NCBI RefSeq assembly: GCF_006345805.1
Contig: NC_043002.1
Span: 90,210,001 to 90,274,000 of the forward strand
From: Octopus sinensis
Taxonomy: Eukaryota
Length of the DNA stretch: 64,000 nucleotides
Direction of reading: 5' to 3'
Shown here: in pieces, positions 12,618 through 24,609 of the stretch
Layout: the number at the start of each line of letters is the position of its first letter
Position numbering within the stretch: the first letter of the stretch is position 1
Position numbers and translations under genes: made by a program
The notes under the pieces: generated by a model
The model's database searches: none
What the model was told of the DNA's origin: nothing
Seen by the model: the letters and a program-made list of their open reading frames with translations, nothing else

Positions 12618-12653
12618 CATACACATCGATGAACTTTCTGGAATCCTGCTTTT
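12618..12653 (-). CDS. Candidate micro-exon (KAGFQKVHRCV(W))
   Basis: 36 nt, acceptor ctaattctaccacag, donor ATG|gtaaaa. Phase-2 end completes TGG with the next exon. Confidence 0.5.
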
Positions 12654-12959
12654 CTGTGGTAGAATTAGTGTCTATTATTTATTACACACCAGTATTATAC
12701 ACATTTTGGAGTTCCAGTATTTTGTAAAGATGTTTACTTCTCATCAACTTATGTAGGTATAGCTATAGAAATATATCATAAAGTAAATGGAGAGTTAGAA
12801 CAGATCTTAATCAATTTATTTACATTTTGTTAATTATATATGCCTATGATCATTCTATATCAATCTTCATTCAAATTACAATTAAAATTGCATTATGAAA
12901 TAACGAAGGTAGATATTTCTTCAGGATGAAAATCGACACATCTGTTTTTACATCCTTAT

Positions 12960-13190
12960 ATATTTCTTTACTACCCACAAGGGGCTAAACACAGAGGGGA
13001 CAAACAAGGACAGACAAACGGATTAAGTTGATTACATCGACCCCAGTGAACTGGTACTTAATTTATCGACCCCGAAAGGATGAAAGGCAAAGTCGACCTC
13101 GGCGGAATTTGAACTCAGAACGTAGCGGCAGACAAAATACCGCTAAGCATTTCGCCCGGCATGCTAACATTTCTGCCAGCTCGCCGCCTT
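12960..13190 (-). mobile_element. SINE family B (ggcggcgagctggcagaa head)
   Basis: Reverse complement of the copies at 56538 and 57711. Confidence 0.9.
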
Positions 13191-14750
13191 TTTTTTACAT
13201 CCTTATAGACTGAGCGTTCATCCACAGACTAAAATAGCAGTATGTGTGCCCTGAAGAAATATCTACATTTGTTATTTCATAATGCAATTTTAATTGCAAT
13301 TTGAATGAAGATTGATATGGAAACGATTGTAGAAGACACTTGCCCAAGATGCCATGCAGTGGGACTGAACCCGCACCAGGTGGTTGAGAAGTAAGCTTTT
13401 TATTACCACACAGCCACACACACACACATTCATATAAACATTTATAATGTATGTATTGAAAGAAGATCCATGTATCTACATTCGAAAACAGGTTAAAGTT
13501 AATCCTTTTATTTATTGTCTTTGTTTAACTTCTGAAACTTCATTTGATATGTGACAAAGAAAACTCTTCTGGAATTTATTTCTTCCAAACTTAGTTTTCA
13601 CTTTCTTTATATGCAGTTTAGTTTCATCATTATGTGATTTTTATTGCCGTTTCACTCAGCGTCTTCATTTTCTCACTAAATACTTTTATCCATCTTTAAT
13701 TACCTATGAAATTCTAGTATCATCTCTTTTCATTCACGTCTTCATTGTAAAAGTATTTTCTGTTTTCTTTCTTCCATCGTTGGCCATTATTCGAAAATTG
13801 TTACTTTATTTTTCTTCTCAGTTTGTCGTCCTCATGGGATTAATTTCTGATGAAATGTCTCAGATAAATTGCAGAAAGAAGAGAAATATCACAACAGTTG
13901 TTGTTAAAAGTACCTATCAAATCTCCCCCATTTTTCCCCCCTTTTTTTTTTTTTTGTTTTACCTATTTACATATTTACAAATGTTTGTGTCTGTTAATGT
14001 GTGCCTTTGTGTTTGTTAATGACAATAGTAATTACGATGATGATGGTAAATATTTGAATAGGCACAGGTGTGGTTGTGTGGCATGAAGTTTGATGTTTTA
14101 TTTGCATGTTTCAGGGTTCAGTACCCCTGCATGGCACCTTGGCAAGTTTCTTCTACTATAACCCCAGGCTATAGTGAACTCCTATGAGAGAATTTGATTA
14201 ATGGAAACTGAAAGAAGCCTACCATGTGTGTGTTTGTGTGTGTGTGACAAGTATTTGTACTTGTCCCCCACCACTGCTTTACAACCAGTGTTGGTTTGTT
14301 TATATTCCTGTAGCAGTGGCTCAGAAAAACTGAAGGAATAAGTATCAGGCTTTAGAATAAGTACTGGGGTCAATTTGTTCAACTAAATCCTTCAAGGTGG
14401 TGCTCCTGAATGGTTGTAGTCCTATTATTCAGGTCTCATAAAATGTCTATCTATATGTATGCATGTATGTTTGAGTTTGTGTATGTGTATGTGTGCTAAC
14501 CACTCATACTGTCAACAGCTGCTCTGTGTTGTGTGGTTAAATGACTAACTGTTTTTAGTTCAGCAGTGGCTGACAAGGTGACTAATCACTGAAATATAGA
14601 GATATTCCTTGAAGAGACATGTAGCAAACATTATATGTTTTCTTTGCAGTCAAGATCCATTTCTCCCTATTTATTTAATTCGCATAGATATATAATCCTA
14701 CCCCTGTGTACCTGTTTGGCCTTTCTGTGTGTGTTTATATATACATATAC

Positions 14751-14782
<32 letters not shown>

Positions 14783-14784
<2 letters not shown>

Positions 14785-15764
14785 CATCATCATCATCGTC
14801 GTCATCATTTAACGTCCGTTTTCTGTGCTAGCACGGGTTGGACGGTTCGACCGGGGTCTGGGAAGCCAGGGGCTGCACCAGGCTCCAGTCTGATCTGGCA
14901 GTGTTTCTACAGCTGGATGCCCTTCCTAACACCAACCACTCCGCGAGTGTAGTGGGTGCTTTTTATGTGCCACCTGCATAGGTGCCAGGGGAGTCCGGCA
15001 TCGGCTACGATCGGTTGGAGCTTTTAACGTGCCACCAGCATGGAAGCCAGCCAAGGCAGCGCTGGCATCGGCCACGTTCGGATGGTGCTTTTATGTGCCA
15101 CTGCATAGGTGCCAGGGGAGTCCGCATCGGCTACGATCGGTTGGAGCTTTTAACGTGCCACCAGCATGGAAGCCAGCCAAGGCAGCGCTGGCATCGGCCA
15201 CGTTCGGATGGTGCTTTTTATGTGCCACTGGCACAGGTATCACAACTACTATTTCCATTGATATTTATTTCGATGTTTATGTACTTGACTCAACAGGTCT
15301 CCTCAAGCACAGCGGGATGTTCTGGAATCCAAGGTACTTTGAATGGGCAGGGGCTATGCGGAACTGGTGCAGGAAGCAGCCCGGGTCTTTGCAGTCACAG
15401 CATATCTCCAGAGATCTCAGTCCTTTGCCATTGCCTCTGTGAGGCCCAACGCTCTGAGATCATGCTTGACTACCTCATCCCATGACTTCCTGGGTCTACC
15501 TCTCCCCCTGATACCTTCAACTGTTAGGGAGTGGCACTTCTTCACACATCTCTCCTCATCCATCCACAGTACATGACCATACCATCGCAAGCGTCGCTCT
15601 TGCACACCACATCTGATGCTTCTTATGTCCAGCATTTCTCTCAGGGTGCTTACCCTCTGTCGTGCGCACACACTGACATTACACATCCAGCAGATCATGC
15701 TAGCTTCATTCCTTTCAAGTCTACGTATGTCCTCTGCAGTCACAGCCCATGTTTCACTACCGTG
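14783..15764 (-). mobile_element. 5'-truncated RTE-clade LINE (ORF C-terminus plus 3' UTR, (GAT)n tail)
   Basis: ORF 15417..15782: MLHGSETW..RRLERNE..ERRLRWYGHVLWM..GRGRPRKSWDEVV is the typical RTE C-terminus. Its 3' UTR is shared with many short copies. Confidence 0.92.
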
Positions 15765-15859
15765 AAGCATGGCAGTTCGCACGGTAGTGAAACATGGGTT
15801 GTGACTGCAGAGGCCATACGTAGTTCAAATTTACAGAAAACAGAAGACAAAGACGGGTG

Positions 15860-16010
15860 AAGGAACAACAAGCAGGTGTATTAATTTAAAGCCCAGAAAG
15901 AATAGAGAAGTTTTTGATGTTTTGAGCCTATGCTCTTCAACAGAAAGGATTAAGTGGGAAAAAAGAGGGAGAGAGAATAAAAAAGATGTGTAGGAATTAA
16001 TGGTTCAACA

Positions 16011-16058
<48 letters not shown>

Positions 16059-16205
16059 TTGGCTGCTAAATCCAGAAGTTTTTTTATTCTCTCTCTGTTT
16101 ATTTTCTCTTATTCCTTTCTGTTGAAGAGCACAGGCTGGAAGCATAAAAGACTTTCTCACTTTCCTGAGCATCAAACTAATACACCTGCTTATTGTTCAT
16201 GCACC
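15860..16205. repeat. Two inverted copies of a dispersed repeat flanking (TA)n
   Basis: aagcaggtgtatt...gctcttcaacagaaagga at 15870-15950 recurs reverse-complemented at 16065-16205. Further copies near 32700 and 38450. Confidence 0.75.
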
Positions 16206-16459
16206 TGTCTTTGTCTTTTGTTTTCCTGTAAATTTCAACTATATATATATATACACAGACGGGGAGAGAGCTTATTTGTAGGGTCAAACAAACTCTAAAG
16301 AGGTTGGTGTTGATCTCTGACAGCAAGACTTATATTGTGTAGTAAAATCGCTTAAAAAGGATACAATAACATTTTGGACAGTGTCCTTGGAAAAATCGAA
16401 AAGAGAGAAATAAATGATAGACAGCAGAGGTTTACATCCTCTAATTAAAAAAAAAAAAT

Positions 16460-17035
16460 CAAAGCAACTTGAGGCGATCCAACGAAGCTACACGAAGAAG
16501 ATAGCCTCTGTGCAGCATACGAGCTACTGGGAGAGACTCAAGAGATTAAAGCTCTATTCCCTGGAGCGTAGGCGAGAAAGATATGCCATGATATATATCT
16601 GGAAGATCCTGGAAGGTCTTGTCCCAGACTTTGGCATCGAGAGTCACACAAACGCCAGAACCGGACGCCACTGCATAGTACCAAGGACTCCAAATTTGCC
16701 ATCAAGATGTAGGACAAGATATTGTGATAGCCTGGGCTTCAGAGGCCCACGGCTCTTCAATATCCTCCCGAAGAACCTGAGGGACCTGCATGGTGTAGAT
16801 GCGGATGTCTTTAAAGTAGGACTGGATCTCTTCCTGTCAGGTGTCCCGGATGAACCAACTTCACGGCAGGAGGTGCAGATGAGGGCAGCTGCATCGAACT
16901 CTCTCATGCATCAGATGGCGTTTGCTAAAAAGCATCCGTGAGGTAAACCCGTGTAGCAAACCAAATGGCGGTGCCCCAGCATGGCCACAGCTCATTAGCT
17001 GAAACTGGAAAAATCAAAATCAAAATCAAATCAAA
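16460..17035 (+). mobile_element. 5'-truncated CR1-group LINE (ORF2 C-terminus plus tail)
   Basis: QLEAIQRSYTKKI..SYWERLKRLKLYSLERRRERY..GPRLFNILP..FKVGLDLFL, clean frame, then (AAAATC)n tail. Confidence 0.9.
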
Positions 17036-18015
17036 CTAGCTGAAACAGATGATGTGTATCTGTAAAATTGATATATATGTACTTTATAAAGAGATTATCT
17101 TTTGTGTATACCTTTACCTAAGCACTCAACAAAAATAAACAGTTTCAGGGCTTCAGAGTGAAAATATAATATACAAGAATGACTAAGTGATCAGGTATGA
17201 ATCTTACTTCTTATGCTATCCACTGATGATGGAGAAACATAGACACACACTCTCACACATACACACACACACACGTTTGTATACATGTTTGTGTGTGTGG
17301 ATATGTATGTGTCAGCATGTGTATGTGCACATGTATATTCCCCAGATATGATATATTTCACTAGGTCACGTGCAGCATAAAAAAGCATATATATTTATGT
17401 GTCTCCATCATCAATGAACTGTTGAAAGTAAAAAGTTTCATGTGAAAAAGCAAGGTGATTTTCATATACAGTAAAAATATGTTAAGTAATATTGTAAAAT
17501 ATCATAAACAACTGAAACATGTATGATTCAATTATATTCTTTCAATATGTAAAACTTTTACATGAGAGAGCTTCCACTCTCAGAGATTAACAATGAAGAT
17601 ACAATTTAACATCAAAATACAGTAAGACGCTATTATATTGATTTTGGAAATAAATGGCTTCTAAATATAATGAAATATTTCTTCAGGTAAAGATTTAACA
17701 GAAAGCTCTATGGATATATCCATGTGTGTATGTGGGTGTGTGTGTGTGTGTGTGTGTGTGTTGTGTGTGTGTGTGTGTGTATGTGTGCGTGTTGTGTGTT
17801 CATGAGTTTCATTTTTATGGTACTGTTTCCATGGCTGGATGCTTTTCCTAGCACCAATCGCTTTATAGAATTTACTGGATGTATTTTTTTGTGCCAACAG
17901 CGCAAGAGAGGGTGAGGGTAAATGATAAACAACCAGAGGTAATTATAGAGTTGAGTATATGACGTATACACAGGTCTAAGGAGTTCCTCAAGATGAGCAA
18001 AAGAACAAGGGAGAT

Positions 18016-18413
18016 GGGATCTTTTCGGTTTGAATGGCAGTTTTTAACATAATTTCTAGGTAACTAAAAAATTGTAAACTTCGTATACTGGTAGAATGTG
18101 CTTATAAAACATCTTTTTCTCTTGACTTTATTGAGAAAATTCTATAGTTTGTAAGATATTTGTTGTTTTTTTTCTTCAATTTCTGCTATTTGAACCAATC
18201 ACTGACGTCTATTGAGGTAAAAAAAACATTCTGTGCCATATGAATATGTCCTTTGTTTAAGAAACAGAATGGGTTTATTTACATTTGTGACGAAAAAAAG
18301 ATACCCTAAACCTAAAACAGATTGAAATGGAATAGATCGATACTAGGGTCATAATTATGGGTGACAATTTCATATGACACTGCTAGAAAAAACTGCCGTT
18401 CAAACCGAAAAGA
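18016..18413. mobile_element. MITE with ~25 bp terminal inverted repeats
   Basis: cttttcggtttgaatggcagttttt ... aaaaactgccgttcaaaccgaaaag, flanked by the direct repeat aaagaacaagggagatg. Confidence 0.85.
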
Positions 18414-18659
18414 ACAAGGGAGATGATTTCCACAACAGAGCACGTTTTATCCTTGTGGTCCCACACAACAGTATCTGATTGATTGTATTTTAACTTGGCG
18501 GCTGTTTTAAATCTTAAGTTCCACCAATATTATTTTTACCCATGAGTCTCAATAAGGTCTTCTTTTTCTGCTGATATTTTCATTTTACTTGTTGAGTTCC
18601 TGTCTCACTCAACATTATTACAATCTTTTCTTTCTCTCTATCTCACTTTCCCCTTTCTT

Positions 18660-18890
18660 ATTTCTTTATTGCCCACAAGGGGCTAAACATAGAGGGGACA
18701 AACAAGGACAAACAAAGGGATTAAGTCGATTACATCGACCCCAGTGCATAACTGGTACTTAGTTTATTGACCCTGAAAGGATGAAAGGCAAAGTTGACCT
18801 CGGCAGAATTTGAACTCAGAATGTAACAGCAGACGAAATACCGCTAAGCATTTCATCTGGTGTGCTAACGTTTCTGCCAGCTCGCTGCTT
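18660..18890 (-). mobile_element. SINE family B
   Basis: Homologous to 12960-13190. Confidence 0.85.
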
Positions 18891-19370
18891 TTCCCCTTTC
18901 TTACCACTCTACTCCCACCTGATGCAACTGTTTCCCTTCTAATGCAAAACTCCTATTTCTGTCCCTCAGTCAAGGGAGTCTTGTTCTGCAAGTTACTCAG
19001 TGACCTCACGGCTGCTGGTGTCACTTAAAAATCATCCAGTCCACCCTGAAGAATGGTTGGTGCCAGGAAGAGCATCCAACTGTAGAAACTATGCCGAAGC
19101 TAACAGCAATGAGTAATGCAGTCTTCTGACTTACAAGTTCCTGTTGAACAGTACGACCCATGCCATCATGGAAAACAGATGTAAAATGATAATGATGATG
19201 ATGATGATGGTGAATTTCCAGATTGTTCTGATCAATATATAATGCCTCATGGGAAGATAGTGTCTAGATGTCATTTTCTCATAGTTGGCAATAATATAGC
19301 TTTATGTGTGTGAGTGTGTGTGCGTGTGTGTGTATGTGTGTGTATGTGTTTGCGTGAGCACACGTGTGTG

Positions 19371-19405
<35 letters not shown>

Positions 19406-19899
19406 GTGTGTGTGTGTGTATGCATTTGTGTGCTTATGCTTTGCTTCCATGTGTTTGTACATTGAACACTGCTTTAGTAGCAGTGATATATATTTGTGTT
19501 TTGCATAAACAAATATCTGGTAACTAAGTGATTCAATGTTGCATAGATGTGGAATGGAAGTACCTACCATATTTGAAATAGAGAATTACCATGTAAAGCA
19601 TTTGACAGTAGAATTTCTCCGCTACAAACTTCATCCAACCCATGCCAGATGGGAAAAACAGATGTAAAAACGATGATGTAGATGGATAAATGGACACACA
19701 CATACACACACACACATATAATATTACATTTATTAATGCTGATATTTGACCTTATGTAACTCAGAATTTCACATCTCAAATTCCCAGATGAAATATTAAG
19801 TTATGTAACTTGAAATGTTATCTTCAGTAAATATAATATTCTTTTGATATTGTGTGGTGCCTCTTCACTTCTTGCTTGCATTTATACATTACACTCTGA

Positions 19900-20145
19900 T
19901 GCACACAACTATATATATGTATATACATATATGTGTATGCCTGTGTGTTTGTGTGCCTATGTGTGTGTGCATGTATATATATATGTATATACAAAGTGCT
20001 TCTTGGTCTCCTTCATGATCTAGGATATGAAGAACAGTTATTATATATATATATATAGATATATATACATATATATATCTATATATATATAGATATATAT
20101 ACACACACCAACACACCACACGTACACACACATATACACAAGCAT

Positions 20146-20209
<64 letters not shown>

Positions 20210-20305
20210 TCATGCATATATATATATACATACACACACACATATAAATATATATTTATATAGATACGCACACACATACACACACATACACACACACATA
20301 CACAC
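19900..20305. repeat. Compound (TA)n/(CA)n/(TG)n microsatellite
   Basis: Direct reading. Confidence 0.9.
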
Positions 20306-20647
20306 AGGTTCAATGGACAAGCCTATGAAATTTTAAGTTGCATGGAGCCAAATCAAACTGTTATTAAATGAATAATATATTGTAACTCTTACCAAATGTG
20401 TTGAGTGCCACTTTCTTTGGTTTGTCCACTCATTCATACACACACACACACACACACACACACATGCACACACACACACACACATGCACACACCAATACA
20501 TAAGTGTGTGTGTATATATATATATATGCATATGCAGAGAGACACATTGTCTGATGTGGGTGATAAGGAAGCTAATTGGAAGAGTGAAAACATTAAATAA
20601 CCTTTTTCATCATTTTACTGTCTTTCTATCTTCTCTCTGTCTCTCTG

Positions 20648-20680
<33 letters not shown>

Positions 20681-21307
20681 GTCACTCTGTCTCTCTCTCT
20701 CTCTCCTGTGCCATTCTCTGTTTCTCTCCGTCACCTCTAATCAAACATATAATCACAAAGGAACATTCAGTAGAGATTGGTTAGAAGTGAGCTGCCTGTC
20801 AGACAGAATAGTTCTGTGATAAATGAGAAATTGGTGCAAAATGGACCAATATTGGCTTGAAATGCTGACAACATAGAATGCTGGGAATTAGCAATACCTT
20901 CTATATTAGTGTGATAGTGTTAATATTCCAAATACTAGTAAAATTCCTGAAAGTAAATTTGCTTATGATTGGGTTGTATAGCTCTACAAATTTAGACACT
21001 AACATCATTGGTTTAAAAAGTCAGTATTGATATCATGTGTGTGTGTGTGTGTGTGTGTGTATGAGAGAAAGAAAGAGAAAGACAGACCGAAGACAGACAG
21101 ACAGAGAATATTTTTATCTTTTACTTGTTTCAGTCATTATACTGTGGCACTGGATTGAAGAAATTTTAGTGGAATGTATTGTCCCCAGTCCTTAATTTCT
21201 TTGCTATGCTTGGTACTTATTCTATCAGTCACTTTTGCCAAGCCGCTAAGTTACAGGGATGTAAACACACAAACCCCAGTTGTCAAGCATTAGTCACAGA
21301 CACACAT

Positions 21308-21344
<37 letters not shown>

Positions 21345-21519
21345 CACAATGGGTTTCTTCCGGTTTCTGTCTACTAAATCCACTCACAAGACTTTGGTTG
21401 GTCTGATGATATAGCAGAAGACACTGACCTGAAGTGCCACACAGTGGGACTGAACATGGAACAATGCAGTTCAGAAGCAAGCTTCTTACTGCATAGCCAC
21501 ACTTGCACCTATTTATATT

Positions 21520-21925
21520 TACTCTTTTACTCTTTTACTTGTTTCAGTCATTTGACTGTGGCCATGCTGGAACACCGCCTTTAATCGAGCAACTCAACCC
21601 CGGGACTTATTCTTTTGTAAGCCCAGTACTTATTCTATCGGTCTCTTTTTGCTGAACCGCTAAGTAACGGGGACATAAACACACCAGCATCGGTTGTCAA
21701 GCAATGCTAGGGGGACAAACACAGACACACAAACACACACATGCATATATATATACATATATACGACGGGCTTCTTTCAGTTTCCGTCTACCAAATCCAC
21801 CCACAAGGCTTTGGTCGGCCCGAGGCTATAGTAGAAGACACTTGCCCAAGGTGCCACACAGAGGGACTGAACCTGGAACCATGTGGTTGGTAAACAAGCT
21901 ACTTACCACACAGCCACTCCTGCGC
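21520..21925 (-). mobile_element. SINE family A, full length
   Basis: Homologous to 4085-4490. Confidence 0.9.
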
Positions 21926-21995
21926 TATATTGTATATTATTTGTGTAAATATCTTTATACATATCTTTTCAAAGCACCAAAGGCCAGTACTTTAC

Positions 21996-22039
21996 TTCAG
22001 TCTTTTTCTTGGAATCAAGCAGATACAAAGTAAATCTCT
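21996..22039 (-). CDS. Candidate exon ((E)RFTLYLLDSKKKTE)
   Basis: 44 nt, phase 1-0, acceptor acttcctatccag, donor GAA|gtaaag. Phase matches exon 22632-22686. Confidence 0.5.
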
Positions 22040-22631
22040 CTGGATAGGAAGTCTGTGATAGGGTAGTGAGATGGTTATGTGATTATGTATTTTGCTTCAT
22101 AACCATGTGGTTTGGGGTTCAAACCAACATGCTGGGACACTACCTTGAAGAATTTAGTTGAATGAATCGATCCCTATGTTTATTTTTATTTTTTAAGCCT
22201 GTTACTTATTCTATTTGTTTCTATTGTTAAATTGCTAAGTTATAGGGATGTAAACGCACCAACACATTTGTAAAGTGGTGGTGATGGACAAACACACACA
22301 CGCACACATGACAGGTTTCTTTCTGCTTCCATCTACCAAATCTACCCACAAGGTTTTGGTTGGCTTGAGGCTATAGTGGAAGACACTTGCAGTGGTATTG
22401 AACCCAGAGCCCTGTGGGAGGGAAGCAACCTTTTTGCCACCCAGTCATGTCCCTGCCTTGTTAATTCATTAAATTGTTTACAGGTACATTGTTTTTTTTT
22501 TTATCTCCTTTCCATAGCTAAATACATTTACTAACACCATCACTATAACTGTTGGTATCTGGTTTTGTTATGAGCTTGGTTAATAAAAACATATAATGTA
22601 GTTTATTTAAGTGTGGTATATTGCAACTTGC

Positions 22632-22686
22632 CTTGGGATATCAGACATGGATTTTCTTTTCTTTTTAATAGTTCAGCATTATTATT
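22632..22686 (-). CDS. Candidate exon with GC donor (NNNAELLKRKENPCLISQ)
   Basis: 55 nt; only phase 0 is open. Acceptor gattattacag, donor AAG|gcaagt (GC-AG consensus). Confidence 0.55.
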
Positions 22687-22796
22687 CTGTAATAATCATT
22701 CAACCATAATTCTTGCTTGTTTATCCTTCTTTTCCAATTTTCCAAACTGCCAAGTACCTAACACTGAAATGTTGTCAAAATAGTACTATATCTTCA

Positions 22797-23062
22797 TTGT
22801 CTTCCTCCTCCTCCTCCTCCTCATCATCATCATCGTCATCGTCATCGTCATCATCATCGTCAACGTCAACGTCAACGTCATTATCATCATCATCATCATC
22901 AACGTCATCATCATCATCATCATCATCATCATTGTTATCACCATTATCATCATTGCCATTGTTGTCATCATGATTATCATCATTGTTGTCATCATTCTCT
23001 GTGTCATCATCATTATTGTTGTTGTCATGATCATCATGTTATGGTCATCATCATCATCATCA
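22797..23062. repeat. Degenerate (TCA)n/(TCC)n trinucleotide tract
   Basis: Direct reading; explains the poly-Ser/Met/Ile ORFs. Confidence 0.9.
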
Positions 23063-23733
23063 ATTTTATATCTATTTTTGCTGTTGACCGAGTCAGTTTT
23101 TATTGAGAGCCACAACCCTCATAGACTGGTTTCTCTGTCATTTGCTTTGGTTTCTACTGCTGGATGCCCTATCTATCACCAGCCCATTTACAGAGTATAT
23201 CAGGTCAATTTTATTGTGTCGCCATCAGTAATGAGGTTGTCATGTCCTGAATAAGACAGGTCCAAAGAGATCTCTTGACCCTATATTTTGTCTATTCACT
23301 AGTCAACCACAGTATGGCGTGCACTGGGTGGGGTGGGGTTTTGTGGGGGCATTCTTCCCTGTCATCAGAGTAAAGAGCAATCACTACTGTAAGGTGAGTA
23401 TGGTCACTCAAGATAACATGAAAGAGGCAAAAAGGGTGAAGAGGTAGAATTGAGTGGGTAAAAGAAGCAAGATTGTGATGGTGGAAACAAAGTGATTTTG
23501 GTGAAGAGAAGGTGGTGATGGTAGTGATAGGAGTGGTCAAAGGTGATGAATGACAGAATGACAAGAGAGGCCTGGAGGAAAGTGAGTGATGACTGGCAGT
23601 ACAGAAAATTCGAAGAAAGAATGTACTGTTCAATGCAGTCTTTTATACCTAGGTCTAGTGATGAATGACAGAAGAGGAGATATACAAGTGGTATGAATGT
23701 GTGGTTGTATGATACAGATAAGGTTATTCATAC

Positions 23734-23817
23734 CTCCAGATACAACTGGCAACAGTATATCCAAACTTTGTGTTGCAGGAACCAGCAAAACTCAACAGTT
23801 GAACCCAAATACACATT
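23734..23817 (-). CDS. Weak candidate symmetric exon (NVYLGSTVEFCWFLQHKVWIYCCQLYLE)
   Basis: 84 nt, phase 0-0, strong donor GAG|gtatga, mediocre acceptor gacttag. Confidence 0.3.
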
Positions 23818-24572
23818 CTAAGTCAAGCTTCTGACTAGAAAAATCTATTTCCCTGAAATGATCCCCTCATCATGTCTGTCACCCTTAATGTCCCATTGAA
23901 AGAACCCTGCTTCTTGATGTCACCTTTACTTCCGGTCATATCATTACTTTACTTTTCCCACATCACACCCTTCATTCCTCCATTGAGTGATTGAGGGATG
24001 AGTGATGGTGAGATGACTGATAGGTATAAGTATGTGACTGACTAAGCTGAGTGATGTAATATAGAGGTGCATGATAGAAGATAAATGACACCTTAAGCAA
24101 AACTATTTTGGTATGAAGTTCACTTCTTAAGCATACCATTTTGAGTTATATCTCACTGCATGACACACCTTGATCAAGATCCTTCTATCATAGTATTGGA
24201 TTGATCCGTGCCTTGTGAGTGGAAATAGTAAATAAAAGTTGTATGGAGGCTTGTTGGTGTGTGTATATGAATAATATGTGTATGTACATGCATATATGTC
24301 TGTGTGAATGTTTACATTTTGCATCTTCAAATGAAGTTATTTGAGCAAAAGTAAATAGATCAGTTATATTATGTTGATATTTGTAACAAATTTTCCAGTA
24401 ATTCTTTATTTTCAAAGAACAGCACGGCTGTGTGGTAAGAAGCTTGCTCCCTAACCATATGGTTCTAGGTTCAGTTCCATTGCATGGCACCTTGGGCAGG
24501 TGTCTTCTACTATAACCTCGGGTCGACCAAAGCCTTGTGAATGGATTTGGTAAATAGAAACTGAAAGAAACC

Positions 24573-24609
<37 letters not shown>

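Noticed and set aside
14510-14590. Minus-strand segment with strong acceptor and gtatga donor
   Set aside because: All frames from the strong acceptor hit stops; the alternative acceptor (VTLSATAELK.., phase 1-1) does not fit neighbouring phases.
14982-15860. Plus-strand ORFs of 105-167 aa
   Set aside because: Antisense to the RTE element; GC-rich shadow ORFs.
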